A DNA stretch of 64,000 nucleotides, from NCBI GenBank assembly GCA_035084275.1, contig CM068775.1:1302001-1366000 (forward strand). The letters are read 5' to 3'. Source of the stretch: Hydrolagus colliei (Eukaryota). Positions 11,902 through 25,901 of this stretch are shown one piece after another. Both the position numbers and the translations under genes were made by a program. Numbering within the stretch: position 1 is the first letter of the stretch; each line of letters starts with the position of its first letter. The notes beneath the pieces were generated by a model, which was not told the origin of the DNA, searched no databases, and worked only from the letters and a program-made list of their open reading frames with translations.

Positions 11902-12704
11902 CATTACAGTACTAGGAGGCCAAGATAGTGCAGTATTGTGAAAGAGTTCAGGCAGTGTAATTTTTTTTCAATTTTTAATTTTTAAAAATCATTTGACCCC
12001 AAAATTTCGTAGTGTGCAATCATGCAGCTCGATGATTAGAGCTGTCACCATGTAAGCCAGTGACCTAGGTTTGATTCCCAGCATGATGAACCCTTTTTAC
12101 AATTTTCCTTGTGCCACACACCTCTGTTTACCGAGCAGAGTGCAATTCTCATGTGAAAACACGATTGTTTATTCACTGGTCTGGAACTAATTGCATTAAT
12201 TACATTTATTCATTGTTCAAGTTATACTTAGCATTTGCTATAAGTACAAATTTCTTTCACTCTGAGCTCAGTGAGTTCATTGAAGCCTCCACTTCAGCAG
12301 GAAAACACCAGAGTGTAAAACAGGGCATGGAATTTCCAACACTATACGCTATAGTAGCTATTTACTACCCCCATTCTGGTAGCATTTGGAATTCCAGGTA
12401 ATTCTATTTGTTTTCATGGTCTGGCAATTGTGAAGAGATGAGTTCAATTGGCATTTTGTATAGTGGCTTATCATGTCTTCTAGAAATCTCAAATCAGTTC
12501 AAAGAATATACGGCAAAGTGAAATGACTTTGTATTTGTGTGCGAAAGGGGATAGCTAATTGTGTATTTCCGTGTCCTACAAACTTTCATGGATTGAAATT
12601 ATCAATTTTATTAACTGTTGATGATGGATTATTACCAGTGGTGGTGTAAGGAAACTTGCTGAAGGTTAGCCCTGACCTGTCTGCAATTGAACCCAGATGC
12701 ATCA

Positions 12705-14440
12705 ACAACAACAAAAACTTTGATTTATATAGCGCCCTCCATGCCGGACGGAGTCTCAGAGCGCTTCACAGGAGCAGATCCCGGGACCGAGCCAGGGGCA
12801 GGGGCAGGAAGGTGACCAAAAGGTCGGTCGAAGAGAAAGGTCTTCAACTGTGACCTGAAACTGTGAAGAGAGGGGGGCGAGGTGAATTGAGCGAGGAAGG
12901 GAGTTCCTAAGTCTCGGGGCGCAGTGGCTAAAGGTACAGCTGCAGAGGGTGGAGCGGAGGACTGGGTGGACATGGAGGAGGGCTGACCCAGAGGAGCGAA
13001 GGCAGCGGGTGCTGGGTTGGGGGAAGAGGAGATCAGAGAGATAGGGGGGTGCAGAGGAGTGGAGGGATTTGAAAACATGTATGAGGATCTTGAAGTTGAT
13101 CCTCTCTGGGATAGGGAGCCAGTGAAGTCTGACAAGGACTGGGGTAATGGGGGAGCAAAGCTTAGAGCGGGTGAGTATGCGGGCAGCAGTTTAGGAGAAG
13201 CTGGATTTTGTGGATTGTGGTGGAAGGAAGATCGGCAAGGAGGGCGTTGCAATAGTCCAGCTGAGAGGTGACGAAGGCGTGGACCAAGGTTTCGGCGGCT
13301 TTTAAAGTGAGGTATTGCTGGAGATGGGCGATCCTTCGGAGGTAGTAGAAAGCAGTGCTGGTGACGCACCGGATGTGGGGGAGGAAGGACAGTTGGGGGT
13401 TGAACCTGATGCCAAGGTGCATCGCTTGGTGAATGCTCTAATCACTCAGTTGCAGGACTCGGCTACAGAAATGGGGATAACCAGGGCTATGAATCTGAAT
13501 GTACAACTTGATCTGAGAGCTGGTGCAGACTCAAAGAGCCAGAAGTTCTCTGTTCTCTTAAATATATGTGTTTCATAATAACTTTTCTGAATTCGAATAT
13601 AACAGGATCAAAAATGGACACGCAATTTGTGGCTTTTAGACGAGATGGTTTATTCAGAGACGGAACTGAATAATTGTAGTATCATATTTTTGAGTCATTT
13701 TTCTGGGATTTCAACATTATAACAACAACAATAACAAAATTACATTTATAGAGCGCCTTTCACTTTGGGAGGATGTCCCAAGGCACCAAACAGTCAGTTC
13801 GGGACCCAAGCCAATGAAAGGCGATGAATAAGGGGGTCGGGCATGAGAGAGTTAGGAGGGGAGGGAGGGAGTTGTGAGGGCAGCAGAAGGCATGGTCGAA
13901 GAGGACCAGCTTTGAATACCAACGTTGAAGGAAGCAAGGGAGGAATCCAGGTGAAGGGAATGTGGGATGGAGTTCCAGAGTGTGGGGGCAGAGATGTTGA
14001 AAGCTCATCCATTGCTGGTAGGGCAGGTCGGGTGGGGGACATGGAGCAGACCGGAGCCCACTGAATGGGGTGGTCTGGCAGGTTCGTAAGCGGACAGCAG
14101 GTTGCAGAGACAGGAGGGTGCAAGGCAATGAATGTGAGGATGAGAATCTTGAATGTGATCCTCTGGGGATGCTGAGGCAATGGAGCCGGGCAAGGGTGGG
14201 AGTGATGTGGTCACAGAGCTTGGTGCGGGAGAGGACATGAGCTGCAGAGTTCTGGATGTTCCGCAGATTGTGAAAGGAAGAGCCAGAAAGGACAAAGAGG
14301 AGGGAGTTTCCATAGTCGTGCCTTGATGTGATGAATGTGTGGAGAATGGTTTTGGTAACCTGAGGGGTGAGGCAGTGGCGGAGTCTGGCAATGTTGCAGA
14401 GGTGGTGGCAGGCAGTACTGGTCATGGTGCAGATGTGGGT
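12705..14440 (-). mobile_element. L2 fragments and an antisense SINE head in the GPCR-A intron
   Basis: L2 RT C-terminal motifs (SQLDYCNALL, DHITPTLARLH) and the family 3' tail; SINE head at about 13380-13480. Confidence 0.75.
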
Positions 14441-14726
14441 GTAGGATTACACCTAAACTGTTCTTCCGTTTGTGCGAAATGATCTTCAGACAATGAGTAG
14501 ATTGAAAAGGTCATATTTATTCAGCACTGTAAACGAGTTACAATACAGGTACTCTTCTTGCGATTCGAACACAACCCGTATATACCGGTAACTACAATGC
14601 ACCAATCACAATACTGTTGCTAATCAGTTTCTCTGCTTACACCTTGTACTGGCGCCTTCCTGGTCATCTACATACTGTTGACCTCTTCTCTGCTTGTCCT
14701 AATATGGGCCTGTCCTTGTGCTTGAT

Positions 14727-15262
14727 CTTGAGACACTAGCTAACTGTTGTAATGTGCCACTCTTTCTCTCCTAACTTTATACTTCTCCATCATAACGAAG
14801 TCAGCCAGTTGATTACTTGGACATTGTACAGAAGCGATGTCAAAACCAGACTATCTAAAGGCCAGACTTGTAGGGAGTTGTTTGCCTCCTTTCTTTTCCC
14901 AGTCATTGAGATGGCTCTCCTTCTACTCACTTGGTAATTTCCCAAATGAGTAAAATTATTTGCACCTTTATTAATTGTGTCCTCTGTCCCTATCTATATC
15001 TTGAGCTGTTCTCCTTCAATTCTTTATTTCTCACAGAAGCTACTGATGTTATTGTGTCCCTTGGATTATTGGCATGGACCAGTATCCAAGATTGTCTCAG
15101 CGCAGGGGAATGTGCACCTGGTGTTTTGGGTAGACAAGTTGTTTATCTCCCTTTTGCTCAAGGTTGCTAATCATGCCTGTTTTGTGGATAGATTGTTTTA
15201 ACTGGTGCCTGATTCGAACTAACCATAATTAATTTTTAATACAGTACCTGCATATCCCAACA
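14727..15262 (-). mobile_element. Truncated copy of the ERV LTR (same insertion as in GPCR-D intron)
   Basis: Ends ...ATATCCCAACA|GCAGCCTTG at 15262, identical junction to 52819. Confidence 0.75.
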
Positions 15263-17414
15263 GCAGCCTTGAATGCCGATGCTGCCAGTGCCTGTGTTGT
15301 GGATTTGCTGACTTGAGCCAATCAGGTGGATTTCTTAAAGATTTCTTAAAGATTGGGATGATAGTTGCTGTTATGAAGGAGACGGGAATGATATCAGATA
15401 AAAGGGACAGGTTGACTGTATCGGCAAGTAGTAGGGTAAGGTGGTGGAGCTCTGAGGTAAAGGGACGAGTCGGGATGGGATCCAGGGAGCAGGTGGTGGA
15501 CTTCATGGAGGATATGGTTGTGATGACAGAGGATGGGGAGACACGTTCTCCCCGTCCTCATCCATTCTGAAGGTGTAGAAGTACGGATTGATCGAACGAT
15601 CGATCGATCAATCATTCAAAACTTACATTTATATAGTACCTTTCATGTCAAGGCACTGTACAGTATGGTGGGACAAGAGCATGGGGGGAGTGGTCGGATC
15701 AGGATGAAGAAGAATAGCAAAATTAACTGTATATTTGTGGGCAAAATGTGACAGCCAAATTATGCACAGCATGGATGGGTAGATGTTGGGGTGTGGGAGG
15801 GTGGTGTGTGAGGGTAGCGGTTGGAAGGGTGGTGACAGCTAAGTGGATTCCCTCGATTTTGGTCTCGAGGTCATCCAGCATCTCCTTACAGTGGGAGTTG
15901 TCGGAGAGGATCTGTGACATGGATGGCGGAGGAGCTGCTTTGTTATGGAGAACAGGAACTTGTGGTTGTCCTGCATTATCCTGGAGTAGAAATATGATTT
16001 GCTGGAGACCAGAGCAGAGAGGTAGTTTTTGATGTGCCAGATATGCCTGTGGACCATTAGACCAGATTTGAGCCAGGTACGTTCAGCGCCCGACACCTGA
16101 TCATTGAGCAACTGGAGGTGGCTGGTGAACTAGGGTGAGGTTCGAGAGTAACACTTTGGAAAGAATCAGGAGAAATCACTTTGCTGATTGTTTAATGCAG
16201 GCTACCTTACAACAAGGCCACAATTCAAAACTGTATGAAAGGTTTGCTAAAGGGTTGAGATATGGATGTTGTTCTAAAGGAATTGAATCAACTCAAAGAA
16301 TAAACAACAAAATATGACACACCCTTAAACTCCTCATCTCACACCTGTATTCATGTGAATAATTTTTCAGATTTACTTTCCTTCACACAGTTAATTTGGT
16401 GGCGATTGTGATCCTGTCAAGAGGAAACTGTGGTCTCTCAAAGTGCATCACTTGCTATCTGGTGGCCATGGCAGCCGCGGATCTCCTGGTTATATTCGTG
16501 GATGTGTTGTTGAACAAAATTAACAATCTGTATTTCCCATTAAATTTCTTATTCTACACTCCAGTGTGTAGTGTTAGACTTGTGTTGCTGAGTGCAGCAA
16601 TGCTCATGTCTTTGTGGTTCACTGTTGCTTTCAGTTTTGACCGATTTATCGCCATTTGCTGCCAAAATCTGAAACCAACATATTGCACGGAGAGAACGGC
16701 CACAGTGGTTACTGTAACTCTGTCTGTTATTTGCTGCTGAGTCAGCATTCCCTGTTACTTTATGTTTGATCCTCAGTTGATAGTTAACAATACCCCGTGG
16801 TACTGTATCGTCAAAACAAACATTTATACTTTGCTCACCTGGAAATTATACGAAAGGTTTATCCGCGTTTTCAATCCACTGTTTGTGTTTGCTTTGATTT
16901 GCCTGTTCAACGCTGTGATTATCAGACACATTCTGATGGCCAGTAAAGTCCGCAGGAGGCTTCGGGGTCAGAGAAAAGCCGAGAAAACAATTGATCCTGA
17001 GTTGGAAAACCGGAGAAAATCTGTTATTTTACTGTTCGCCATATCAGGCAGTTTTATAATTTTGTGGACAACATATGTTCTACATTCATTCATATGGCAA
17101 CTTTCCAATTTTAATTATAGCGAAACATTGGTCAATAACACCCGATATATTGTCCAAGAATCTGGAGTCATGCTGCAAAGGTTGAGTTGCTGTGCAAACA
17201 CCTGTATATATGCATTAACTCAGACAAAGTTCAGAGAGGAATTTAAGAAAGGATTAGTTTATCCCTTTCATATCATCGCTAAATTAAGGAACAAATATCA
17301 GAAAAAATCGTGAGGAAAGTAATTGGCTACAAACGTGGTTCAACTTCACCTACATTGGTGACTATCTTCACAAACATTGAAACTGTCCAACATTACCGTA
17401 AGATCTGTAGTTAA

Positions 17415-19827
17415 CATGGCTGTAGTCGAGTCCTCCTCATCCTCGTCCGAGTCCCTGGTGTCTGAGTCCGAGTCCCTGCCACTTTTTAATGTCCGAATCC
17501 GAGTCCTCCATGTAAAAATTCACGCCCATCACCAACTTATACATACTAGAATTTCAGTCTGATATCTTTTTTTGATGTATATTGCTTGCTACGCTTTGTT
17601 TACAAAGGTTGGGTTCTTACTTCATGGCTTTCTGCAATAAATTGACTCATTATCCTGAAGTTCAAGTGCTTAATGGTTTGGTTCAAGAACAAAACTAAAA
17701 TTCTATTTTTAGTTCCTGAAGTACAAGGAATATTGACGTCTCAAGTGGTCAGTCACTTGTCTGAAAAAGCCATTGCACTGATATTCACTGAAATGAAGAT
17801 TCACAAAATGCTAAGTCAGTGATATGCGTTCATTAATTTGAGAAAGGTAACGCGGTCGGGCACGAAAAAGACGTGTCTAGAAAGTTGATGTTAATCCTCT
17901 GCAAATATGCAGTTAACCATTAGTTCCTCAGTAACCTGTGCCTTATTAAATTTGTCTTTCGAAAGTGCTTCAAATTGATAAGTTTGCCTAACTAACGAAT
18001 TCTAGCTCAAACATCTGACTGCAATTTAGAGACCTTGCAGTTTAAAGCTGACTTGGAACTAGTAACTTGGCTGGCATGTGGTATACGCTTTTATTCAAAC
18101 TGGTGGACGAGAATTCAGTGAATTCCTCTTACTCGTCCCCTAAATTTGTGTGTTTTCTAATTACGTTCTCCTTTCCTTTCTGTCTGTCCGTCACTCTGCT
18201 CCCTGTCTTATCTCTCCCTCTGGCTCCCACTGACTCTCATCTGTCTCGCTTCCTCTGACTGAAGCAGATTTGTAAAGTCAACCCAGAAGGTATCTGACTT
18301 TGGGCAAGCTTTAAGAAGTAATAATCGAGTCTAACCTTTAATTTGGAGAGGCAAGGATTCACATGGCACAGACATGATAATAATAATTTTACTGGAAATG
18401 CACATGTATGAACCCCAATTGAAGACAGAAGGATTGGGTTGGTTTTTGTGCATTTGTATGCGTGTATGTATACGTCTCTTCCTGTCTCCCTCTTCCCCAA
18501 CCCCCATTTGTGTCAAGGAGAGAGATTTTAATTTTTTTTCCAAATAAAAATTCTAGCTGCTTGCCTAGACTTGTACTTGAATATATTGGTGTGTGACCGA
18601 GCGCTCGTTAATGCTGCTGATCCGAGTATGAGTCAGAGCATTGCGCACAAAGAAGAAAATTGCAGGGCTGTAGGACTCATGTCCTGGACTCGGACTCGGA
18701 CTCGAGACCGGTCTCGAGTCCTCATTTCAAAGATAGTAGAACGCTTTGTGGCGCTCGCGCTCTACTTTTTTGCATATCTCTATGGGGCTAGATTTTTGTC
18801 CCTGTATATATTTCTACTACATAGACCTAAGATCTACCCCTAGTACGGCCAATTTCAGCATGTTGTGGTATATTATATGTGAGACTTCCATCTGTGTTGG
18901 AGGGGAGCGACAACTCTTCCAACCAGATGGATTTTTCTGCAGACTGAGGCCTACCCAACATAGTTCAGAAAATAGTCTTTATTAGATTAAATCTTCAAGA
19001 CTATTAACATGACAAAATTTATCGTGATTCATGAGTAACGCGTTACGTCAAAAGTCCACACTCACACTTAATTTATTGTAAAGTCTAATCATAAATGAGA
19101 ACGAAACTTATTTTTCTTTATGACGTCGCTGCAGATGGCGTGTGAAATTCGATGTAGTGCCACACGTTTCAGTTATAACACATTTTCAAAACTTACATTT
19201 TGCATGATGTTTGTTCCGCGCTGTTGTTGTGAATTCCTTATGATCCGTGTAACCAATCACTCGGGACATGACAGACATGGTGATGCTCGTACTTGCCGGG
19301 CAGGTAAGAATCTGGGAGGTTTCAGTGCGTACTATGATATAAGCCTGGTACCCTAGCCCTTGTACAGTTAGTACACAAGACAATGTACAAAACAATACTC
19401 ACAGAGTCTCAGAAATCAGTGTTGCTGTTCAGTCCTCACACAATGGAACTGGAACACGTGGCAATCCAGGGCATTGGATTTAAACGCTTCACTTTTTAAA
19501 GGGCTTTTTTGATTGGTAGAAAGTTTACATGTGATAGATAGTAAATAGTATCCCATGTGGGATACCGCGTCACAGTTCATTCACAAGCAACTTTTACTGC
19601 GAGATTTCCTATATGTCAGCCAGTGTAGTATTTGCGTGAACTACAGAAAATCCCTCAGCTCGGCCCATAACTGCCTGGCTCACGGAGGTCTCCAGCCCGA
19701 GTCCTCGAGTCCCTGCTGTCGAGTCTGAGTCCTGCACAGCCCAGTCCGAGTCCGAGGCTGAGTCCTTCAAATGAGGACTCGAGACCGGTCTCGAGTCCGA
19801 GTCCAGGACTGGAGGCCTCCAGCCCTG
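17415..19827. mobile_element. Non-autonomous hAT-type DNA transposon (composite), 8-bp TSD
   Basis: TSD GTAGTTAA at 17407-17414 and 19828-19835; termini CATGGCTGTAG / CTCCAGCCCTG; GAGTCC/GGACTC subterminal repeats; the site is empty in copies B and C. Confidence 0.85.
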
Positions 19828-20179
19828 GTAGTTAATATATTCAATGAATTTCTCAATTACATTAACAATAGATATTTGAGATATGCGATTGATCAGTCGC
19901 TTCTATTGTGAGCTGGTACTATTGTAGTTTTGTTGTTGTTGTTGTGACTGGCATCACAATGATGGGAGTGGGTTGTGATCGGCTTCGCAGAAGAGACAAC
20001 AAACTGGTTAAACTTGACAAACCGTTTCCCAGGCCTTATTGTTGTGTTTCCCATGGAGAGGTGGTCTGCAGGTGGAGAGACAGCTGAGCAACATTTGGTT
20101 TTGCAGAGGAACCCTCTTGCAGAAGAAACTGGGTGTAAATATCACCTGATGAACATAAAAGGGGGAATCGATTTGAGGA

Positions 20180-21610
20180 TGAAAGAAGAAAGGTCCTTGA
20201 AAGAGTGGTTGCCTCCCAGCTCCGCTCTTTCCTCTCAATTCACTCACTCATTGAACCCCTGTTTCCGCCCTGTTCACAGCACGGAAACTGCCCTGGTCAA
20301 GGTCACTAATGACATCTTAACCGCCTTCGACCAGGGCTCCCTCTGCCTCCTTGTCCTCCTTGACCTGTCTGCTGCGTTCGACACAGTCTATCACACCATC
20401 CTCCTCCAACGTCTTTCCTCCCACCTCAACCTCAACCTCCAAGGCACAGTCCTTGACTGGTTCCATTCCTACCTGACCCACCGCCTACATTTTGTATCTT
20501 CCAACGGTTTCTCCTGAAACCCCCGCACAGTTTCTCACGGCATCCCCCAGGGCTCTGTCCTCGGTCCCCTCCTTTTCACCATTTACACGCTACCTCTGGG
20601 CGATGTCATCCGCAGACATGGGATAAAATTCCACATGTATGCGGACGACACCCAGCTGTCTCATCCCTCAACCCCCAGACCATCGATGTTCTGACAGCAT
20701 GACTGTCCGGCATCGAGTCCTGGATGAGGGACAACTTCCTCCAATTGAACATGAGCAAGACCGAGGCCCTCCTGATTGGCTCAAGCCAGCGCCTCCGCAC
20801 ATCAGGTGCTGCCAGCCTCAACATCCAAGGCTGCACTCTCCTCCTCACAAAGCCTATCAGGAACCTCGGCATCACGTTCGATCATAAACTCTCCTTCCTC
20901 CCCCACATCCGTGCCTTGACCGGCACCCCTTATTTCCACCTGCGCAACATTGCCAGGCTCCGCAACTACCTCACCCCCCATGCTGCCGAAACACTCGTGC
21001 ACACGATCATCACCTCACTGCTGGACTACGGACCATCTCTTCATCGGCCTCCCCTGTTCCACCATTCACAGGCAGCAGGTCATCCAAAACTCTGCAGCCC
21101 GTGTATTATCCCGCACCCACCTTCGCGATAACATAACCCCCACCCTCGCCCGTCTCCACTGGCTCCCCATCCTCCAGAGGATCGAGTTCAAGATCCTCGT
21201 CCTCACTTTCAAGGCCTTACATGGCCTTGACCCGCCCTACTTAACCGACTTACTTTCCCCCTATAAACCCACCCGGACCCTCCGTTCAGCAGGTCTTGGA
21301 CTGCTCCATGCCCCCCGCCTGAACCGCCCCACCATCGGAAGCCGGGCCTTCAGTTTCTCCGCTCCCACCCTGTGGAATTCCATCCCCCAATCCCTCGTTT
21401 TGTTTCTTCCCTTTCCTCTTTCAAGGCCGGTTTGAAGACTTTCCTCTTCGACCGTGCCTTTTGTTCCCCCCAAATTTTTTGACCTCCACTTCGTGTTTCA
21501 CCCCTTCCCGAACAATCCCCTCCCAGCTCGGGTCACACGCCTCCTGTGCAGCGCCTTGGGACGTCCTCCCCACGTGAAAGGCGCTTTATAAGTTTAATTT
21601 GTTGTTGTTG
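20180..21610 (+). mobile_element. L2 LINE RT 3' half
   Basis: [27 protein letters not shown]-encoding sequence, ITPTLARLHWLP, 3' tail (TTG)n. Confidence 0.9.
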
Positions 21611-24600
21611 TTGAATGAAAAGAAGATAGTGGAACTTGGAGTTGCCATATTGCAGCCTTTGAAGAAGGAACAGTCAAGACTAAGTCTTAGACAACTTTTT
21701 CAAAACCTTTACTGCTGCTCTCAAACTATGGAAGAGTACTGCTGTACTGGGATATTGTTTTCTTGATTGAAAGGGCTGCTGTGCCTGAATACCTCAATAC
21801 CTTTTGGTAGACATTAATTTAAGAGGAGGCAAAGAATTGGTAGCACAGCTGGAGGTACGGAGTGTGGGATGGGTGAGTCAGGGTGGCTGCAGTCAGACAG
21901 CCGGTGGCATCTGCCATGGTGAGCGCAATGGAGAATTGGAAGAGTGGGTCAGAGGAAGGCTGTGGAAAGGTTAAGCAATAATAGTAATCAGAGCGGCTCC
22001 ATTGGCTCCCCATCCCCCAGATGATCTAATTCAAGATCCTCATCCTCACTTTCAAGGCCATTCATCTACTTGCCCCCTACTATCTTTCCGACATACTGTC
22101 CCCCTATTAACCTGCCCTCCCCTACAGGCTCCAGCCTGCTCCAAATTCCTCACCCGACACGCCCTACCATTGATGGCTGGACTTAAAGCCTCTCTGTCCC
22201 CTCACTCTGGAACTCCATCCCAGAATCCCTTCACCTTGTTCCCTCCCTCGCCTCCATCAAGGCCGGTCTCAAGAGACTCTTCTTTGAATGTGCCTTCTGC
22301 TGCCCTCCCAACTCTCCCTCTCTCCTTATCTCTCTCCTGTCCCTCCAAACTCTCTCCACTCCTTCCCCCTACATTGCCCCTCTTCCCGGCTCAGGTCCTG
22401 ACCTGACTGTTCAGCCCCTTGGGACGTCCTCCCGATATGAAATGTTCTCTATAATGTCACTTTGTTGTTGTGGTGGCCGCCCAGTAAAAGTGTGTCTGTG
22501 ACACCGGGCATCACAGAGCACATACTGTGGGCACACACTGCAGTTACACCTGGTGGCCACACCCGCTGACTGTGGCGCTGTGGCGTCCTGCACAGACAAA
22601 TCTCAACAGTGACAACAACAACAAAATGACATCTTTAAAGCACAGAGTCCTCCCACAGGAGCCCTCCCAATGGTCATTGTGTATCAAGACTGAGATTGAT
22701 AGATTTGTGAAGGAGAGAGGAATTCAGACACAATGGGCTGAATGGCCTCCTCCAGTGATGTATAATTCTATGATTGAACACATTTTATCTATTAATATTA
22801 CTTTTTATTCTACCACTCCTGATTTACCAATCACAGCCACTTGAGATGACCTGACAGCTCTTGTTGTTGTTGCTGTTGGAGTGAAGGGCAATAATGTATG
22901 AAAGGTCAGGCTGTGGGCTCTGTGGTGTGAGGGAAGGAAGCTGATCACTGATTGACTGCAGACAATCACAGCTGCTTCCTGACAATTGTGCTGTGAGTTT
23001 CTGCCCCACCTGATGGCAGCTTGACTCATCCTGTGTCTTTCCAGCAAGAAGTCTTTAGATACAAACAGCAGCATCTTGTGTAGGGTTTTGCAAATGAGCT
23101 GATCTGCAACTTAAACATCTGTTCCATAACATCTGCAAATTATCATTTCCTGTAAACTCAAAGTCAGAAAAATATGCCTGAACAGCAAAGAAATAAGTGA
23201 CACAGGACTATCCATATATCTGTTCATTGATCAGGAAATCCAGCCTCTCTTATTGATTGTTTTATGTAATAATGCTACAGAAAAGTGACCATGGAGCTGT
23301 TCTGTGTATTGTTGTCTAGGAGCCATGAGTAACAAAAATACTTGGGTTTGATATAGCGCTTTTCACATCTTCTAAACTGTGTTTCAAAGCGTTTCACAGA
23401 ATATACTGTAAAGTGGATTGACTCTATAATTGTTGGCGAAACACGGCAGCTAATTGCACAAAGCAATGTCCTGGATTGAAACGACCAAATTGTTATAGGT
23501 TTCTTTGGGATGCATTATTTTTCAACATGTGGAGTAAGGAAACTTGGCCAAGGCATCGCCCTGCATGGAATTGAAACACAAGTCTCACGCTTGAAAGTCG
23601 AGGGCGCCAACCATTGAGCTACAGGAATCCACTGTAATGAATAGTTTCCTGTCATGTGGGATTGATGTTGTGCTCACAGGTTTGCTGTAAGATAGGGGAC
23701 CTTGTAGATCTTGTACAGGTTCCAGATCCAGTGCCCAAAGGAGAATTCAATATTCAGCGGTGGATCCACATGTCTCAAAGTTGAGTCCTGTAGCTCAGGG
23801 GTTAGAGCACTCACCTCGCAAGCCATAGACTAGGGTTTGATACCTGGCAGGACAAAGCCTTGGGCAAGTTTCCTTACACCACACTTCTGCTAATAAGCGA
23901 CCAAGATAATAAAATAATAATAAATGACTGAAACCACTTCTGATACAAGCTTCATGTTATTTCTTCCCAGTTTCCTTCTCCCCCTTGTCCTGAAGGAGTG
24001 TGACTGGTCTGACATTACACTGGGCTCCCACTGCACCAGCAGCCCTCCCCACCTGGCTTCTCACCCCAAGAGGACATTTCATGTCTGGCTTGAAATCATG
24101 AGCCGCCACATCAAACCGTTCACCACCATTGCACTATTTCACAACCAATCAAGCTTGTGATTACAGTAAATGCAGGGACTGAGAACAGAGAGGATTATTA
24201 TTATAAGTGGACTGAAGGCTGAATTCATTCCCATTATCTTCCAATCCAGAGATAATTATTGTGCCCATGTTTGACATCGACACAGACAAAAAGATAGACT
24301 TCCTTAAATGTAAGAGAACAGAGAGGAAAGTAGGAGTAAGGACACATCGACAAGTGATAAAATAGAAAGAAAGTGATTAATATTGCCAGGAACATAATTT
24401 TTTTAATATCAATATATCCACATCAAAATGCATGTTGAAGTAACAAGAGGATTCACGCCTTCATGCCCATATGTGATGTGAAATCAGGATTGTAAGAGCA
24501 GGAAACAGGGAGTAATCATCTGCAGATGATCAGAACATCACTAAACTAGGAAATAATAAATATTTTAATTAAGGCACAATGTTAATTATTGCACATAAAA

Positions 24601-25139
24601 TAAACAGTTACTACATTTTATAATGCATTTTGTGAAGTTCCTTTAGACATTTCAATAACATGAAAAGGCATTATGTCAAATGCAAGGTTTATGATCAAAA
24701 AGATTATTATGTAAACATAAGAAAATAATAATTGTAGCACAAAAGACAAAGGTCCATCTGGATTGCCTTCCACCATCCTGGCCGTCACACATACTTGTCA
24801 TGTCCTCAACAATGTACTGTATCACAAAATATTATTTACGAAAGTAACCCGGGCCTTCTATTTTTTTCTGCTGCCACTGTTTCCCTAACTTTAACAGTCA
24901 CTCACTGAAATAGGGTTCACGTAGGTTTGTGTTGAACTTACCAATTACTCCACTCACACACACACACACATTAAAGGAAACAATTCATGAGGCTTCAGTG
25001 TCAGTGCTGGGGCTAATACTATCGACACTTACATTAATATGAAGTTGCTGTCAATGCCGAATGTAAAGGGCACAATTATTGATCTGTGCAGGTCAGAGGG
25101 AATGTGAGGCGTGACTCCCCTCAGTCCTGTAGCTGTTGG

Positions 25140-25276
25140 TCCATTCTCCAAACACCTGGCCCCACTGCCCCTTGTTAAATAGCGGTCACTGGGGACTGAG
25201 GCCATCTGTCCAACTGGCAGATCTTTGTCCCTCGGTTATTGGGCTCAAGGGTCAGTTCTGACAATTGCCCAGAAAC
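25140..25276 (+). promoter_or_regulatory. IgH V2 promoter region
   Basis: TATA-like TTAAATA at 25175-25181, about 100 nt before the leader ATG; several CANNTG E-boxes; no ATGCAAAT/ATTTGCAT octamer seen, consistent with octamer-less shark IgH promoters. Confidence 0.55.
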
Positions 25277-25614
25277 ATGAGGTCCCTGATATCTCTCAGT
25301 CTGTTGCTGGCTCTCTTCTCCCGTGAGTTCTATTATTGGGACAAGTCTGACTGTGTGTGTGTGTGGGTGTGATTCTCTCTGCAATGTCACAGAGCCGGGA
25401 TATCTCACAATAATTAATCTTCGGTCATTTGTTCTTTACAGGTGTCCAGGCCGATGTGGTGCTGACACAGCCGTCGTCTCTAACCGGGAATCCTGGCCAG
25501 GCCCTGAGACTCACCTGTAGAACCAGCGGGTTTGATCTCAGCAAATATGGCATGAACTGGGTCTGGCAGGTTCCTGGGAAGGGGCTGGAGTGGCTGCTCT
25601 ACATTTCGTACACA
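25277..25614 (+). pseudogene. IGHV: IgH V2: intact leader exon + V exon truncated at the start of CDR2
   Basis: Leader 25277-25322 (MRSLISLSLLLALFS, phase-1 donor); V exon from 25442 matches V1/V3 up to TACACA at 25614, then switches to an antisense SINE head. No RSS, D or J follows. Confidence 0.9.
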
Positions 25615-25901
25615 GAGGTGTGGTGAGTGAGGAAACTTGGCCCATAACACTGCCTGGAATAGAACCCAGGTCTCTCGTTAACAAGGTGAGCTACAGGACT
25701 CCACAATCATGATTTCTGGCATCATCAATACTTTTCTAACCTCACTTGTTGTGGAACTCTACTCTCTCAGTGCCCTGAAACCTGAGGTGGTCGGTTGTTT
25801 GAGTTGAGGAGGTCCTGAGTGTAACTTTTGTTGCTGATCATGAGTCAAACTGTGTATTCATACAATAATCCTGGGGGAAACGTGAGACATTATTTGTAAT
25901 C

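Larger units (their letters stand above)
12327..17313 (+). pseudogene. GPR139-like class A GPCR, copy A (two exons, pseudogene)
   Basis: Exon 1 12327-12397 (MEFPTLYAIVAIYY...) is 71 nt versus 70 in paralogs (extra C in TACCCCC = frameshift). Exon 2 16391-17313 has FDRF and NTCIY motifs but a TCA>TGA stop at 16738-16740. Confidence 0.9.
19830..25276 (+). repeat. Spacer block of the tandem unit (copy 1): L2, CR1 tail and SINE fragments, then IgH V upstream region
   Basis: Long near-identical matches to 31980-38303 and 41840-48068; e.g. ORF-track peptides at 22411 and 35315 are identical, and those at 23924/37287/46703 differ by 1-2 residues. Confidence 0.9.

Noticed and set aside
14440-14735. 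TG...CA-bounded 296-bp unique segment as a solo LTR
   Set aside because: No TSD, and the right end overlaps the neighbouring LTR; unresolved.
16391-16400. Direct J to GPCR exon 2 splice (also phase 1)
   Set aside because: It would drop the first half of TM1, which exon 1 encodes; the upstream acceptor is the only sensible chimeric route.
19960-20130. [14 protein letters not shown] and YxCVSH motifs 3' of each GPCR, resembling a CH exon (also about 32.2 and 42.1 kb)
   Set aside because: The motifs are in different frames, spacing is far too short for a C1-set domain, and there is no acceptor. A C1-set HMM scan would settle it.
22450-22620. GC-rich segment between inverted (TTG)n/(CAA)n runs with CACAG/CACTG motifs (also 35.4 and 45.2 kb)
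   Set aside because: The inverted runs are tails of two facing retroelements; no heptamer has a correctly spaced nonamer.
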